Assembly: GCA_002633005.1 (NCBI GenBank)
Contig: NMRA01000154.1
Span: forward strand, 290,728 to 354,727
Direction of reading: 5' to 3'
Length of the DNA stretch: 64,000 nt
Origin: Phoronis australis
Taxonomy: Eukaryota; Animalia; Phoronida
Positions 11,273 to 24,165 of the stretch are shown piece after piece. The notes beneath the pieces were generated by a model. It saw nothing but the letters and a program-made list of their open reading frames with translations. It ran no database searches and was not told where the DNA came from. The translations under genes and the position numbers were made by a program. The first letter of the stretch is position 1; every line of letters starts with the position of its first letter.

Positions 11273-14251
11273 CTGAAGCAAATAGAAACGGTATGAAAAC
11301 AATAAGCCAGCAATCAGACAAAACAAGACATTATAGAAACAACAAAACCATGAATCAGACAAAGCAATGGAGTCTGCTGAATCTGTTCATTGTGCTTCTC
11401 ATTATTCGACAACATTCTTAGAATGAGACATTGCAAAAATGAGACTTCTTAGAGGTCCGAGTGTCCAAGATTTATTGTCTGAAATATCTTTAATTGTTTG
11501 TAAAACTCGAATGGTATATGAGATATTTTTAAAACAGCTGAATGTAAGATTGTATGGCCAGGATGTGCTGTTTGGCAATTTATAGGAAGTTTTGATTTAA
11601 GTCTTGGGTCAGCTCCAACAGTCTATACATGTATAAAGCAGAGCAGACTGGTGTTTACATGGCACAATGGAGTCAAAGGCTTTATAGAAATCAACAACAA
11701 TCAGCTCACAGTGAGCTACTTTGACAAACAGCTGCATTGTGGGAACATGTAAAGACTAACAGTTAAGCAAACAGAGGGGTATGTCTTACATTCCTTGTAC
11801 ATGTATACACACAAGAGTGCAGCTCAACAAGATATATAACTCAAGGACTACATGCAACACGGAGATAGCAATCTTTTGATTCAATTTGGCTAACTTCTGT
11901 ATAGCTATTCATCTGTGAACAAACACTTGGATTTTTTAAAAAGAAGCTATAGTTCAATTTGCTGCAACAGTGTATTTTCAATACTTTTCATTCTACACAA
12001 AAGTTAAAAGTTGACTGAAAAAACCTTTGTGTTAAAACAGTTTCTAAAATTAATCCAGACATTGATTTCTTACAACCATAAAGGGTTGAGTGAAATGAAA
12101 ACACACAATTTTACCAAATTCTCTGCTAATTTGTTTATTGTACCAGCTTATTCAAGGCCCTGAACTCATCTCTAACTCTATTACATAACAAAGAACAAAA
12201 CTTTATTTTGCCTTAAAAGTTCACCCACAATGCACGAGTGACTGCAGTGCCGCGGCAATTTTCAGGGCCTACACTGAACTAACACGATGTTGAACAAATT
12301 ATTATCCGCTCCCAAACTGTGAACTGTCAGTAAGGTTAGTTACGGATGGGATATTGGTAGAACTACTTTTAGTGAATTCGTCAGAGTGGTTAAAGTTCCT
12401 GTAGGACCCCCGAAAATATCCAGTTTTGGCTTATTTTGCACTTACATATCGTTAGAAGTGGCCGATCAGATTCATATGAAACTGACAGATATATGCACTG
12501 TTCTCCTAATAGCAGTTAGAATTAAATATATTAAAATGTTCCACTTTTGCATGAGGGGCTATTAAAAATAGGAATTTCGTGAAAAAATAAAATTTGGATA
12601 AAACAAAAAGAAAAAGATACTTTTGAAAAGTGCAAAGGCGTTTTTGGGATCACATCTTAAATTTGATCATGTTCTAATTTTGCTATCAATGCACCTTTAT
12701 TTTTGTAAAATTTTATTAACAAAGACATGATCACGTGACCCAATTAACAACAGACTGTTAAAAGTCAAAATCAAATTCTTCAGGCTTTGCAGTTTCAGGA
12801 AATATATATTTCTACTGAGTTAAAAATCTAGTAGATATCTGGCTAAGAAGACACACTGATCAATAAGGCCCTACATTTATACCTGTAAATAATTACTTGG
12901 AATTTTGATGCTCTGAGGAATTTTGACCATCCCAAGTTATAGGCAACACGTAGTCCCTCGGCTGCCAATACAAGGGCTACGATACTTCCCATCACTCTCT
13001 GTACTCATTCCATCTCTTGTATTTAAGCGGGTGGTAGTCTAAATCCACTCACCAAATGAAAGGAGTTTTCCCCTCTTCAAAAAATACATTTTAAACTTAT
13101 TGGTAAAATTATCATTGAAAAAAACACTTACTTTCTATAGCTATCTGGTTTTATGCTAATACATATCTTCAATGTAGCATGACAACGGAATTACCACGAC
13201 TTTAATTGATGAAGAATTCCAGCTCCACTTTTTTGGTCGTCGTTATAAGCTTTTCACCGCACGCAGTAACCACAAAGTATTTCAGCAGACGTCATGTGAG
13301 TTAGGCAAGAACATGACGGAGATGGAGCGATGTCCGGCACCTGGCGCGTGACACTTGCAAAAAAACTAGCAAGGGAATAAATCCAATGAAATTGGTAAGA
13401 CTTGTGTCCCTTGGACTTTTTGTTCATCAACAGGTGTGATATCACATAACTTCCTCAAAATAGCACCCAGTGAGATAAGCTCTAGCGAACCGCGACAGAT
13501 TTTCATGGATATATTCAAATTATGTTGACGTAAATTGCATCCAGAGTCACAACGGTATAACCACAAGAGTACTATATGCATGTTTCATTCGATTTTCTTT
13601 GTTGTATTTTTGGAACGAGTAACTTTTCATAGAGATGTACTAGTAGGCCTACTATTGCCCCTGCATGCCTGCCCACCCAACTTAGTGAGCTATCACAACA
13701 AAATTGCATAATTATGCCTCTCTAGAATATAAATCTCTAGGCTCATGAATAGGTGTAAGAAGACAAGGTCTGGCGGCACATACTAGCTGTGTAACAGCAA
13801 GTATGTTGTAACTCATCAAGTATGCCATGTGAATTCTGTGAGTCCTGAAAGGAACAGAGAGGCTTACAATGTTTGAAGTGTCTGTGTGCGCGTCACCATC
13901 GGAATGACCAGTCAGTGTAACAAAACTGATAGTGATACTGAAACGGCCGGGATCACTGTGTTGTGAATACTGGTTTGTGATCGGTCTAGATGCAAGACGA
14001 ACGTTGCAGAGTTCCAGATAGATTGGACAATCATAGTGACGGCAGCCGTGCGTGCAAGTCCCACTAAAGAGACTGACTGATCAGCTACAGTAGATGAGCA
14101 TGGCTGTACCCAACAAGTTGGCTCAAGCAGCTAACGCCAACGGCAACAGCAACGGCCTGCGCCTGCGGTCTAAATCAGTGCATGACTAAGTCAAAGAATC
14201 GTAAACAAAACTTGAATACCGTTCAGAAAAACAACAGCGGTAAAAACTTAC

Positions 14252-14669
14252 GGAAAGTGAGCCTTCGTAAATTTCTCATAAAAAACTGCCAAATGGCAAA
14301 ACTTAGCGTAACCTGTCCGTGGTGTAGGGTTAAATAAGAACTTACAGCTTCGCGAACAGCGGAGTCTCGCTTTTCGGATTATAGGTCAGCAACAAAGGCC
14401 ACGGTTAGTTTACCTTGGACACCACAGAAATATGTTCAAATCTTCCAAGAATGATAATCAAATTGTCACACAACTATAGTCTCTACATGTTTCATATAAT
14501 TTATTTACAGCACAGTGCAGTTAAAGTTTCCAGCCAATATTTTTGTGGCTACAGATTTTTAAAATGGTTGACAGTATGCGGAAGTTTTTCGCTCATGACT
14601 AGTCTCGTTTTATTTCTTACTTGTTTAGATGGTCCAGCGTTGCTTGTCGTTACCTAAACTGTTCGCACA
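14252..14669. promoter_or_regulatory. Probable bidirectional promoter / first-exon region
   Basis: Minus-strand gtaagt donor at 14246-14251, about 420 bp from the SNX ATG at 14670; genes are head-to-head. Confidence 0.4.
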
Positions 14670-14735
14670 ATGATAAAGGTTAAAATTCCACATTACAGAA
14701 AGATTGAGGGAGACGAGAACGAGAGGAGTTACACG
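14670..14735 (+). CDS. SNX24: Sorting nexin-24/22-like, exon 1
   Basis: MIKVKIPHYRKIEGDENERSYT then gtgagg donor, phase 0; start of the PX domain. Confidence 0.88.
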
Positions 14736-15248
14736 GTGAGGCCGTTTGAACTGAATTGTTGTTGACTTCGTATTTAGTTACTGAGAGATGGTCCCCATCT
14801 TAGTGAGGTCGACTAAGTCCCAAAAACACAGTAAAACTGCATCCTAAATATGTATCCACATATTCGTGGGGTTGGGAAAGTGTCGCCTTAAAATTATGCT
14901 AAAACGTGTTTTTGTTGTTTTCCTCAAAAGTGATTCTATGACACGCTCACAATGTCAATCTTTAGTTCGATCTTTAAGAAGGGAGTACTGCATAAACCAT
15001 TACATTGCTATATAGAAACATGAGAAGTCTGGTGAAGTCACCAATCTCACCACTATGTGGCATATGCATGTCTGACCTTAGTAGGGTGCCAATCTAATTG
15101 AAAAACCACCAATATCACTGGGTCTTAAGTGGATAAAACTATTAAGACTAAGAGTATTAAGAGCAATGTCATTCTACACTGATACTAATCCAGTATGTGT
15201 TTTAAACCATAGCAGTATGGGCAGTTGGAGTTTTGTCTTATAATTCAG

Positions 15249-15437
15249 GTTTACTTGATTGAAGTCTACGTATCTGGGAAATTCCATTCTGTGGAAAGAC
15301 GGTACAAGGAGTTTGAACAGCTGCACAAGAAGTTGAAAAAAACAGTTGACTGCCCAGAGTTTCCGCCGAAGAAGGTGATGAAATGGAATCCAAAGGTGCT
15401 AGAACATCGTCGCCAAGCCTTGGAAAGCTACCTCCAG
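15249..15437 (+). CDS. SNX24: Sorting nexin-24/22-like, exon 2 (PX domain)
   Basis: VYLIEV...VERRYKEFEQLHKKLKK...PEFPPKKVMKWNPKVLEHRRQALESYLQ; phase 0/0. Confidence 0.93.
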
Positions 15438-16441
15438 GTGAGGAAGTCTGTCCAGCAGCAAGTATTGAGAATCTGTCATAAACGGCTTTCTGAAGTCTAA
15501 GAAAACAAACTTGTTGCTGGTACAGTGTACTTGATACTGTCATAAACCTGGTCTTGTTGTTGCCTATTCTTATGAGAATTACTTTGATGAGGCTATGTTA
15601 TGACATAGAAAATTCTGCCTTAGTCTAGAAATCATTTCTAATCTTGAGTGAAGATCTAGCTAAAACAAATTTTGCAACTAGTCTCAATCTGAAAGTCATA
15701 CATGTATGGCTCTTCTGTCTGATACATGTACATCTTCAGTATTACAGTTAGGCATCACCATTTATTGTCACGGCTTGTCTTTGCTCTATTTTTTCTCTAT
15801 CACATGGTGTTCCTATCTTGTTTATTTGGCCATTTATTCCCTGTCATTCCCAGATGTATGACAACTTCACCTGCATACAATTTGACCTAGCTAATAGTAC
15901 GTCACGTCCTCGTTTTCACTCTAACCATTTCTAACTTAACTTGAAAAGAACTGATACACCAGTCACCGTTTTCCAAGCATGGCAAACCTTGTCTTCGTAG
16001 CCATTGTTGCGCAAGTTTGAACAAGATTGGTGACCAAATTCAAATTCCACCACCAAGCAAAATTCATTTTGTGACTGAATGGTGATAAGAATAAAAATAT
16101 CCTATGGCCTGTAGGTACTTGGCGATGTGACTCAAGTACTGACAAAGTTTTTAAAACGAAGTGCAATCTTTGAATTATATCCAAAAAATAAAGTATAAAA
16201 TGACCACAGTTGAATAATATCTCCAAGCTTGACTAAGATGGCACATCCAGCGCCATCTCTTCTTGTCGTCCAGATGTTCAGGCATATGCTTGTCACCGCC
16301 TGTTCACCAAAATATGTTTGACCCTTACTATGTGAAGCTGTTATAGTTCTTAAGTTTAAATGTTATACATTGTCTCACTTTAGTCTATACTCTTGTTTAT
16401 TATTGGTACATGACTGAACCATGTGTAATATTTTGTTGTAG

Positions 16442-16524
16442 GGTTCATTAGAAAATCAGATGATACCGAGATCTCTTCTCAATTTTCTCACAATCAACTT
16501 GGGTGGCAGTTCTGGAAGTATTGA
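16442..16524 (+). CDS. SNX24: Sorting nexin-24/22-like, exon 3
   Basis: GSLENQMIPRSLLNFLTINL; ttgtag acceptor, gtaagt donor, phase 0/2. Confidence 0.88.
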
Positions 16525-16632
16525 GTAAGTAATTTGCTTATGTAGTTTGGTTGTGTAATATGCTGTATTATATAAACAGTTTCACTTTAATTAATTTGTT
16601 TTATTAACAAATTGCCCACTTTATGTTTTTAA

Positions 16633-17995
16633 AGGCGAAGACAACCTTTTTCCATGTCATTTTGAGCTAAAATAAGGTTGGTTGGTTATCCTAGACATAT
16701 TTTTCACTTAATTACAGCTTTTCGTAATTTTATTAATTATTCGTCCGCTTTTCCGGAAGTGACGTTTTAGGAGGCAAGCGNNNNNNNNNNNNNNNNNNNN
16801 NNNNNNNNNNNNNNNNNNNNNNNNNNNNNNNNNNNNNNNNNNNNNNNNNNNNNNNNNNNNNNNNNNNNNNNNNNNNNNNNNNNNNNNNNNNNNNNNNNNN
16901 NNNNNNNNNNNNNNNNNNNNNNNNNNNNNNNNNNNNNNNNNNNNNNNNNNNNNNNNNNNNNNNNNNNNNNNNNNNNNNNNNNNNNNNNNNNNNNNNNNNN
17001 NNNNNNNNNNNNNNNNNNNNNNNNNNNNNNNNNNNNNNNNNNNNNNNNNNNNNNNNNNNNNNNNNNNNNNNNNNNNNNNNNNNNNNNNNNNNNNNNNNNN
17101 NNNNNNNNNNNNNNNNNNNNNNNNNNNNNNNNNNNNNNNNNNNNNNNNNNNNNNNNNNNNNNNNNNNNNNNNNNNNNNNNNNNNNNNNNNNNNNNNNNNN
17201 NNNNNNNNNNNNNNNNNNNNNNNNNNNNNNNNNNNNNNNNNNNNNNNNNNNNNNNNNNNNNNNNNNNNNNNNNNNNNNNNNNNNNNNNNNNNNNNNNNNN
17301 NNNNNNNNNNNNNNNNNNNNNNNNNNNNNNNNNNNNNNNNNNNNNNNNNNNNNNNNNNNNNNNNNNNNNNNNNNNNNNNNNNNNNNNNNNNNNNNNNNNN
17401 NNNNNNNNNNNNNNNNNNNNNNNNNNNNNNNNNNNNNNNNNNNNNNNNNNNNNNNNNNNNNNNNNNNNNNNNNNNNNNNNNNNNNNNNNNNNNNNNNNNN
17501 NNNNNNNNNNNNNNNNNNNNNNNNNNNNNNNNNNNNNNNNNNNNNNNNNNNNNNNNNNNNNNNNNNNNNNNNNNNNNNNNNNNNNNNNNNNNNNNNNNNN
17601 NNNNNNNNNNNNNNNNNNNNNNNNNNNNNNNNNNNNNNNNNNNNNNNNNNNNNNNNNNNNNNNNNNNNNNNNNNNNNNNNNNNNNNNNNNNNNNNNNNNN
17701 NNNNNNNNNNNNNNNNNNNNNNNNNNNNNNNNNNNNNNNNNNNNNNNNNNNNNNNNNNNNNNNNNNNNNNNNNNNNNNCCGAGGTAGAACAATGACTGAC
17801 TCGGCAGCTCTCACAGTCAGACTATGTGAAAAGAAATTGGCGGGAAGCGCTTGCCTCCTAAAACGTCACTTCCGGAAAAGCGGACGAGTAATTAATAAAA
17901 TTACGAAAAGCTGTAATTAAGTGAAAAATATGTCTAGGATAACCAACCAACCTTATTTTAGCTCAAAATGACATGGAAAAAGGTTGCCTTCGTCT
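16633..17995. mobile_element. Kolobok-like DNA transposon in SNX intron 3 (interior is an N gap)
   Basis: Near-identical TIRs of at least 148 bp; TTAA on both sides (16629-16632, 17996-17999); AG..CT termini; same family as 22380-23648. Confidence 0.8.
16781..17778. other. Assembly gap (N run)
   Basis: Continuous Ns; ORFs crossing it are artefacts. Confidence 0.99.
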
Positions 17996-18198
17996 TTAAA
18001 GCGAAAAATAGTGTTAGTTCCATGAGTACCTTTTTGCTGTTTGTGGGCTTTCTTTGTTTTGCAATTAAAAGCAGGATAGTGTTTGTTGAGTTGATTTGAG
18101 TCATTAGCCATCACTCACAACACAACTCCATTTAAAAGACGAGATGGGTACTGTTACTTAGTGTGCAGCAGGCTTTACATGAGGTAGTTTATTTACAG

Positions 18199-18290
18199 TT
18201 CTCTGGATAACATCAGTGATGACAGGGGGATCAGCCACCAGGTGGTGCTTGGATTCAGAGAGGACCCATTTCTGTATAGCCGGGACTCAG
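18199..18290 (+). CDS. SNX24: Sorting nexin-24/22-like, exon 4
   Basis: SLDNISDDRGISHQVVLGFREDPFL, like the SHQPVL..F..DPY motif of SNX24; phase 2/1. Confidence 0.88.
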
Positions 18291-19640
18291 GTATTGAGTA
18301 CACATAAGCCACATCTTACTAGCAAGAATAGAGAAACTGCATTGAAGTGTCTTGTGGGTCACCACTACTGAATTTACCAGATACATTGAAAAATGATGCA
18401 GATGTTCTCAAAAGAGTCAAAGAATTGTCACTGGTGTTCTAAAGGGATCTCGATCACTTCCAATTTTAGAACTTAATGAGGGGTTGTTATTTTTTTCTTT
18501 TACAAGACTGAGTAGCAATATATGATACTTGCACTGCTGATGCCTGGCACAGACACGTAATTCCTCTCTTCTTCGTTTGTGGTGAAGTATGTCCTCCAAC
18601 ATCAAAGTTTCAGGCATCGTCATTTGTCATTGGTAGATATGATGAACACCTAGAAGATGAAGGATGCGCTTCGATTGGGTAATATTGACAAATATTGTCA
18701 AATCCTGTTGTGTTTACATGCTCTTTAGGCCAGTAACCAGGCGGAGGCCATGCATTCATGTATTTACGCCAATGAACCTGTATCCAAAATAATGTACTTT
18801 TTTACGCTAGCCTTATAGATGCAGGTGAGCGTCATACAGGCTCATATATTGCTCTGGATGTTGACACAAGCACTGGTCTCGAGAAAAGCGTAAAATTCTG
18901 ACTTTGCGAAATATTTCTATGTAACGATTTGACGGCGCACCTCCTTAATTATGACACAGATAAGACATTCTGTTCCGCTCACTTGTCTATATAACTAGTG
19001 GGAATAATGATATTAATAGGTCCATTTCAGCATCCGTGGGTATACCAAGGGGATGTCACCAAGGCAAATTATCATCTTACGGATGAGAACCCATGTCTGG
19101 TTTCAGTGGGGATGTTGAAATTTTAAGTAAAGATTAGAGGAATTTAAGCTCTAAGCTTGGCAATTCATGAAGAGGTGCAAACCTGAAGTGGATAGGGAAT
19201 AATGTTATGTTTGGAAGGAAATGAAGGGAATGTATTGACTTACGGCGTGTTTAACTGACCTGTCTAATAAAGTTAAAAAAATCCCAACAGTTTGGATCTA
19301 AAATTGAGTTACAAGTTAACTAAATACATGTAGTTGCAATAGATCTAGGCGTGCTGTGAGAGTTGATATCATTTGCAAATTTCTTCATGATATTCCAAGC
19401 CAAATAGCTGAGAACATAAAAAATATGGAGTGTGTCTACATCTGGAGTGGCACTTTCAAGTGTTGTTTTATTCTCAGATGGTTTGCATGCAACTAATTCT
19501 GGTTAAAGGCATACGAGTCGAAATGTGCACATTTAGTATAAATCCATTGTGCAATCACATAAAATTGGTCTAATGTGACTTTGGGGTAAGTATGTCAGAG
19601 CTACGTCCAGCCTTACCTTTCACTAGATTTCCATTTTCAG

Positions 19641-19708
19641 GTGGCCTACCAGACATTGTAGTAGAGGGTGTTACTCAAGCCTTCTACGGGACTGATTACC
19701 TCAAATGA
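19641..19708 (+). CDS. SNX24: Sorting nexin-24/22-like, last coding exon
   Basis: GLPDIVVEGVTQAFYGTDYLK*, like the P.VVIEGV..G.FY C-terminal motif; total CDS 498 nt = 165 aa. Confidence 0.88.
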
Positions 19709-19801
19709 CCTTAAAGAACCAGGATGTGTGTACCACTATAAAGCTCATCAGATGTCACGATGTAGTGTTGGGCCTGAAGTGATGTGGAGTGACCATGTAG
19801 G

Positions 19802-20064
19802 CATGCGTGCACCCAAGGGGGGCTTGGGGGCTCTAGTTAGCCCCCCTATTTCACGAAGTAGGCATAAAAGTCCGCCTCCAGTCAGAGAAACAAAAAGTCC
19901 GAAATAAGTAGAAAGAAGACAAAAGTCCTCTAAAAAGGCAGGAACTAGCTAAATTCGGCGAATGCACAATTCATAGCTGTGAACGTACTTTTTTAGCAAA
20001 AGGTTCATACCGGGTATTCACAAAAATTCGAGCCTCCCCCATTTTTAGGTTGGGTGTGCGCATG
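19802..20064. mobile_element. MITE in the probable SNX 3' UTR
   Basis: TIRs CATGCGTGCACCCAA / TTGGGTGTGCGCATG; imperfect 8 bp flanks CATGTAGG / GATGGAGG. Confidence 0.6.
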
Positions 20065-21608
20065 GATGGAGGGAACAGTGATATATATGGTGCTGGTGCT
20101 GACTTGACATTGTTAAAATATGGTAGTGAACATTTACAGGATACTAAAACGCTGCCTTTGTCTATAAGCAGGTAACATTTACCACTACTTCACCGTACTG
20201 CTATCATTAAATGTTTTGAGCCAAACCAATCAACAGTCTATGGTGCATGCATAGATCTTTTTAGAAAAACATGACTTTGGATCAATATGTCCACACCACC
20301 TCTAATCTTTTGGTTTATGTTGAAGGCCTGTAGGTCACATTAGTATTTTCTTTCCTTTCTTCAGTTCAAAATTTTAGGGGGCGGCATTTTAATTGTGTGA
20401 TTTCGTCTACTACTTGTCAGTCAGTTACACAATTAGTAATGTGTCTGAAAGTCGAACGGCATTTCAGTGTAAACTTGAAGTAATTTTGTACATCTCCTAC
20501 CCTGTCTTGTGTTATGTAATGTTAGGCCTATGTTTTGTAAAAAATAATTTTGCAAACTGCATGCTCATTCTTTTTTCTATTTCATTAACCTGGGGCCAGG
20601 GTGTAATCTTACTCGAAATCAAAATTATATTTAGACGTTTTCTATTCTACTTTTGTGGTACTCAAGGTAAGTGTCTATTAATCTCTGTTCAATTGCATAA
20701 TACCATGTGTGAATAACTACCTAATCTTAATTTGCCCATCGGATGACCCGTGCATTAAGGCGAAAAGTTTTGAGACTGAACTCGAAATCTTCCGAGTTTT
20801 TACTTTAGTGAGTTTGTAGCTCGAATGTAAGGGTCATCAAGTGCAAACTTGGACTAGAACCACATCTGCATAAACCACAATATACTCCAGTACAGAATAA
20901 TGAACACTTATCTTGAGTTTGCACTCTGAAAAGTAGAACAGATAATGCCAACAATAATGTCGAGTTCCAGTGAAATTATTTGACCCTGGTTACACTGTCG
21001 GTAGCGATGAACACAAATCACTTGTGAGCGATTGGTGATAATAGTAAAGGGTCATCTGCCAAAATATGTTTTAAATAACGCGAATGTTATTTTTCATTGA
21101 ACGGTAGTCTGCTCTTGTGAGGGAATCGTGTATTTCATGAATCCCATGATTCCAATAAATGAGACTGGTCTGTAGGATTTTGAATATGAATAACATTTAT
21201 CCAGTGTCATAACGCTAAACCCTCGTGAGAGACCGCCCCGAGTTGGCTGCTGGAGCATCTCGGGGCGGTCTGGGATCAAGCGGAAAAACCACAGGGTAAA
21301 TCTGTGGTCGACGAATCTATTCGGTCGATTACATTTTATTGCCCGTGAAGCCGCTAAGGGCTGCCTGAAGAAATATGACTCGCGCGTTTGTATTTTCGCC
21401 TTTTTCAATGACATGTAAAAGATTCATCAACAAATTCCTCGTAAAATTCTGAAAACANTGAGACCCCTGAGGTCCCAATCGAGTCCTCACGACAACTTTG
21501 CGTTATGTGGTGCACCAAACAACTAAAATTCACTGATTAGGATAAAATCTCAGCAATGGAGGACACTGTAAAGATACTGGGATCTCTCACCGTGCCGTAC
21601 ACGCCACC

Positions 21609-21800
21609 GACGACGAGAAACTCGCACTTAACGTAGAAAATTCTATCGTGCTCACGTGGTTACACCTAAGCCATCCCGCAATGCTCAGTCGTCAAGCAAA
21701 GGTATGGGGCTGAACTTAGATCCCGCACTTTAGCAACTATTCGACCAGAAATATCCCACGCGCTGGAGTCTCTGTTGCAAGAGCTAAGCCTATCGGAAAA
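21609..21800 (+). mobile_element. Degenerate gag fragment of a Gypsy-like LTR retrotransposon
   Basis: Frameshifted peptide [14 protein letters not shown] / [32 protein letters not shown], a motif I recognise from invertebrate retroelement gag proteins. Confidence 0.55.
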
Positions 21801-22379
21801 TGCGCAGGCTTTGCGAACCGCCGAAAAGAATCGCACCACCAAGTTCACTAACTGCCCCCTAGGACCGAGCCCAACCCGAAGCCGACTTTCATCACTGAGA
21901 TGACCTAGGAGCATCGTGCATGTTTGACGGGACATTAGCAACGGTACATTTATTGTTATGCTTATTTAGTTGTTGTTCATTTATTCTTATGCTGCCTTTG
22001 TTGTATCTCAGTGCGCCTTTGTTACGTGGACTCCCAGTATGCGGGCGTGACAGTCGTGTCGGGCTCTTCGCTAGCGACAGGCTTAGGAGAAGGGTGTTTC
22101 CTTCCTTTGCTTATGAAATTGAGCGTTATCGTGTAACTGAACTGAAACGTATGCGTGACGAGGTGAAATACACATTTTTTGATGTTCACTGGAGGCTTGC
22201 TCTGTTACACATGTCCTTTATGTAAGCAAGTTGGTCGACCATCGTCGCATTACCTCAACACGTGCCAATACATGTACGTATCCCTGGAGGATAAGGCCTA
22301 CACTGTCAGATGCAACAACACAACTTCAAACTCACAACCACCAGTGTAGGGAAAGATCCCTGGTTGCGTCCTGCTTTAA

Positions 22380-23648
22380 AGGCGAAGGCAACCTTTTTTC
22401 ATGTCACTTTTAGCAAAAATAAGGTCTGTTGATTATCCCAGACATATTTTTCACTTAATTACAGCTTTTTGTAATTTAATTAATTTCTCGTCCTGTACTC
22501 CTGAAGTGACGTTTTGGGAGGCAAGAATTTCGCGCCAATTTCTTTTCATGCAGTCGGACTCTGCGAGCTGTCAAGTCAGTCATTGTTCTACCTCGGATGT
22601 GATAAGTTCGGGGTCGTTTGTCAGTCAACATGCCACGCTGTTGCTGCTTACCAGGATGTACTCATTATCGTCTAACACGCACTTTGGGTACCTTGCATCG
22701 CTTTCCAAAGGATGATACACTTCGCCGTATTTGGCTACCTCGTTCGTGTGAAGAACGCACCGCTACCCGCTCACGCAACGTACAAAGCAGTGGCAAGCAT
22801 TTTCAGCCGTCAGATTGCGACAGAGATATGTACGCTGAATTGATGAAGGTCCCTGCGAAACAACGCCTGAAGAAGGGTTCCATAACGTCGCTGCTGATTC
22901 CCGGCAGTGCCCCGTCGACACCCCCGAGAAGTGCGTTTTTGAAGCGAGAAGCCTCGCGCGAGCTGTGGAGGCGCTTCATCTACTCTCACCCATGCCTCCG
23001 AACGTACCCCATAGCGTGCAATTCCAGGAACTCAGTGATTCCCCGTGTGGTGTGCTACTGTCTCTAGCCCAGAGCCTGTAAGCAGCCCTGCAGCGATGTT
23101 GAGTAGTGGGAGTGAATACAGGCCGAGTTTGACATCCAGTGAAAAGTACAGTTCGTCATCCAATGAACAGATCGCTGAGCCTAAGTTTGATAAGTTTATT
23201 GTGGACTTGTATTGGAGCTATTTAGAAGGTGCCTCATGTGTGACGAGGGAGTCGCACGGCGGGACTTTGTAAGCAGTTTGGGTGCTCAAGTCACCATCCA
23301 CTGGGAGTGTGTCGCTGTACACTCGGGCAAGTGGGACAGTTCTTGTCTGTACGTGAGACGATAATGAGTACATCTCGGTAGGCAGCAACAGCGTGGCATG
23401 TTGACCGACTCGTAAACAAAAGCAAACGAAGACCGAACTTATCACCACCGAGGTAGAACAATGACGGACTCGACTGCTCTCACAGTCATACTGTATGAAA
23501 AGAAAATGGCCCGAAATTATTGCCTCCCAAAACGTCACTTCCGGAGTATGGTAGACGACGAGTAATTAATTAAATTACGAAAAGCTGTAAATAAGTGAAA
23601 AATATGTCAGATAATCAACGAACCCTATTTTTGCAAAAAATGACATGA
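22380..23648 (+). mobile_element. Kolobok-like non-autonomous transposon with ~290 bp TIRs
   Basis: TTAA|AGGCGAAGG left end; TIRs 22380-22673 and 23356-23648 (right tip lost); internal THAP ORF. Confidence 0.8.
22630..23067 (+). pseudogene. Degenerate THAP zinc-finger ORF (transposon-derived)
   Basis: MPRCCCLPGC...LHRFPKD..LRRIWL...KHF...RLKKGSI; the third zinc-binding Cys (CxxHF) is lost. Confidence 0.75.
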
Positions 23649-24165
23649 ATCCAATTTCAAGTGTCAAATTCGGAACACGGCGCGTTCGTAACAGAACTAT
23701 GCCGGGCTAAGTATAGAATCTCCCGCGATATCCTATGCGACCGGCAGCGGCGCTGTGCACTACGACTCCGTTTCCGTCGTCTGCTCCACTGTGCAATGAA
23801 GAAAATTTACTTCCTTTTTTAAAGAAAGTGGAACCTGAGTGACGATGAAAAAACAGAAGCTGCTGGTAAGATGTGAATTTTAATCGAAGCCTTAGTGAAT
23901 CACTCAGAAACTCGCAATACTCTCTTTGTCAAACCTTATCTTAAGACGGTTTCCAAAGCAATCCCGTCATTATTGCCAACACGAAAAATGGATTTGGTCT
24001 TATGGGCATTTGAAGACTATTTCAAATACGACAAATTTGTTAAGAATTGATGGCACAAAGTATAAAACGTGTAATAAGCATTACAAAAAGAAGTAGGTTT
24101 CGCGCGCAAACGCTGTGACCCATAAACAAGTAAGTCTTTCAATATAACTGTTGTAGTTAAATCGT

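Noticed and set aside
16708-17814. Long ORFs of 368 and 341 aa
   Set aside because: Artefacts of translating the N gap
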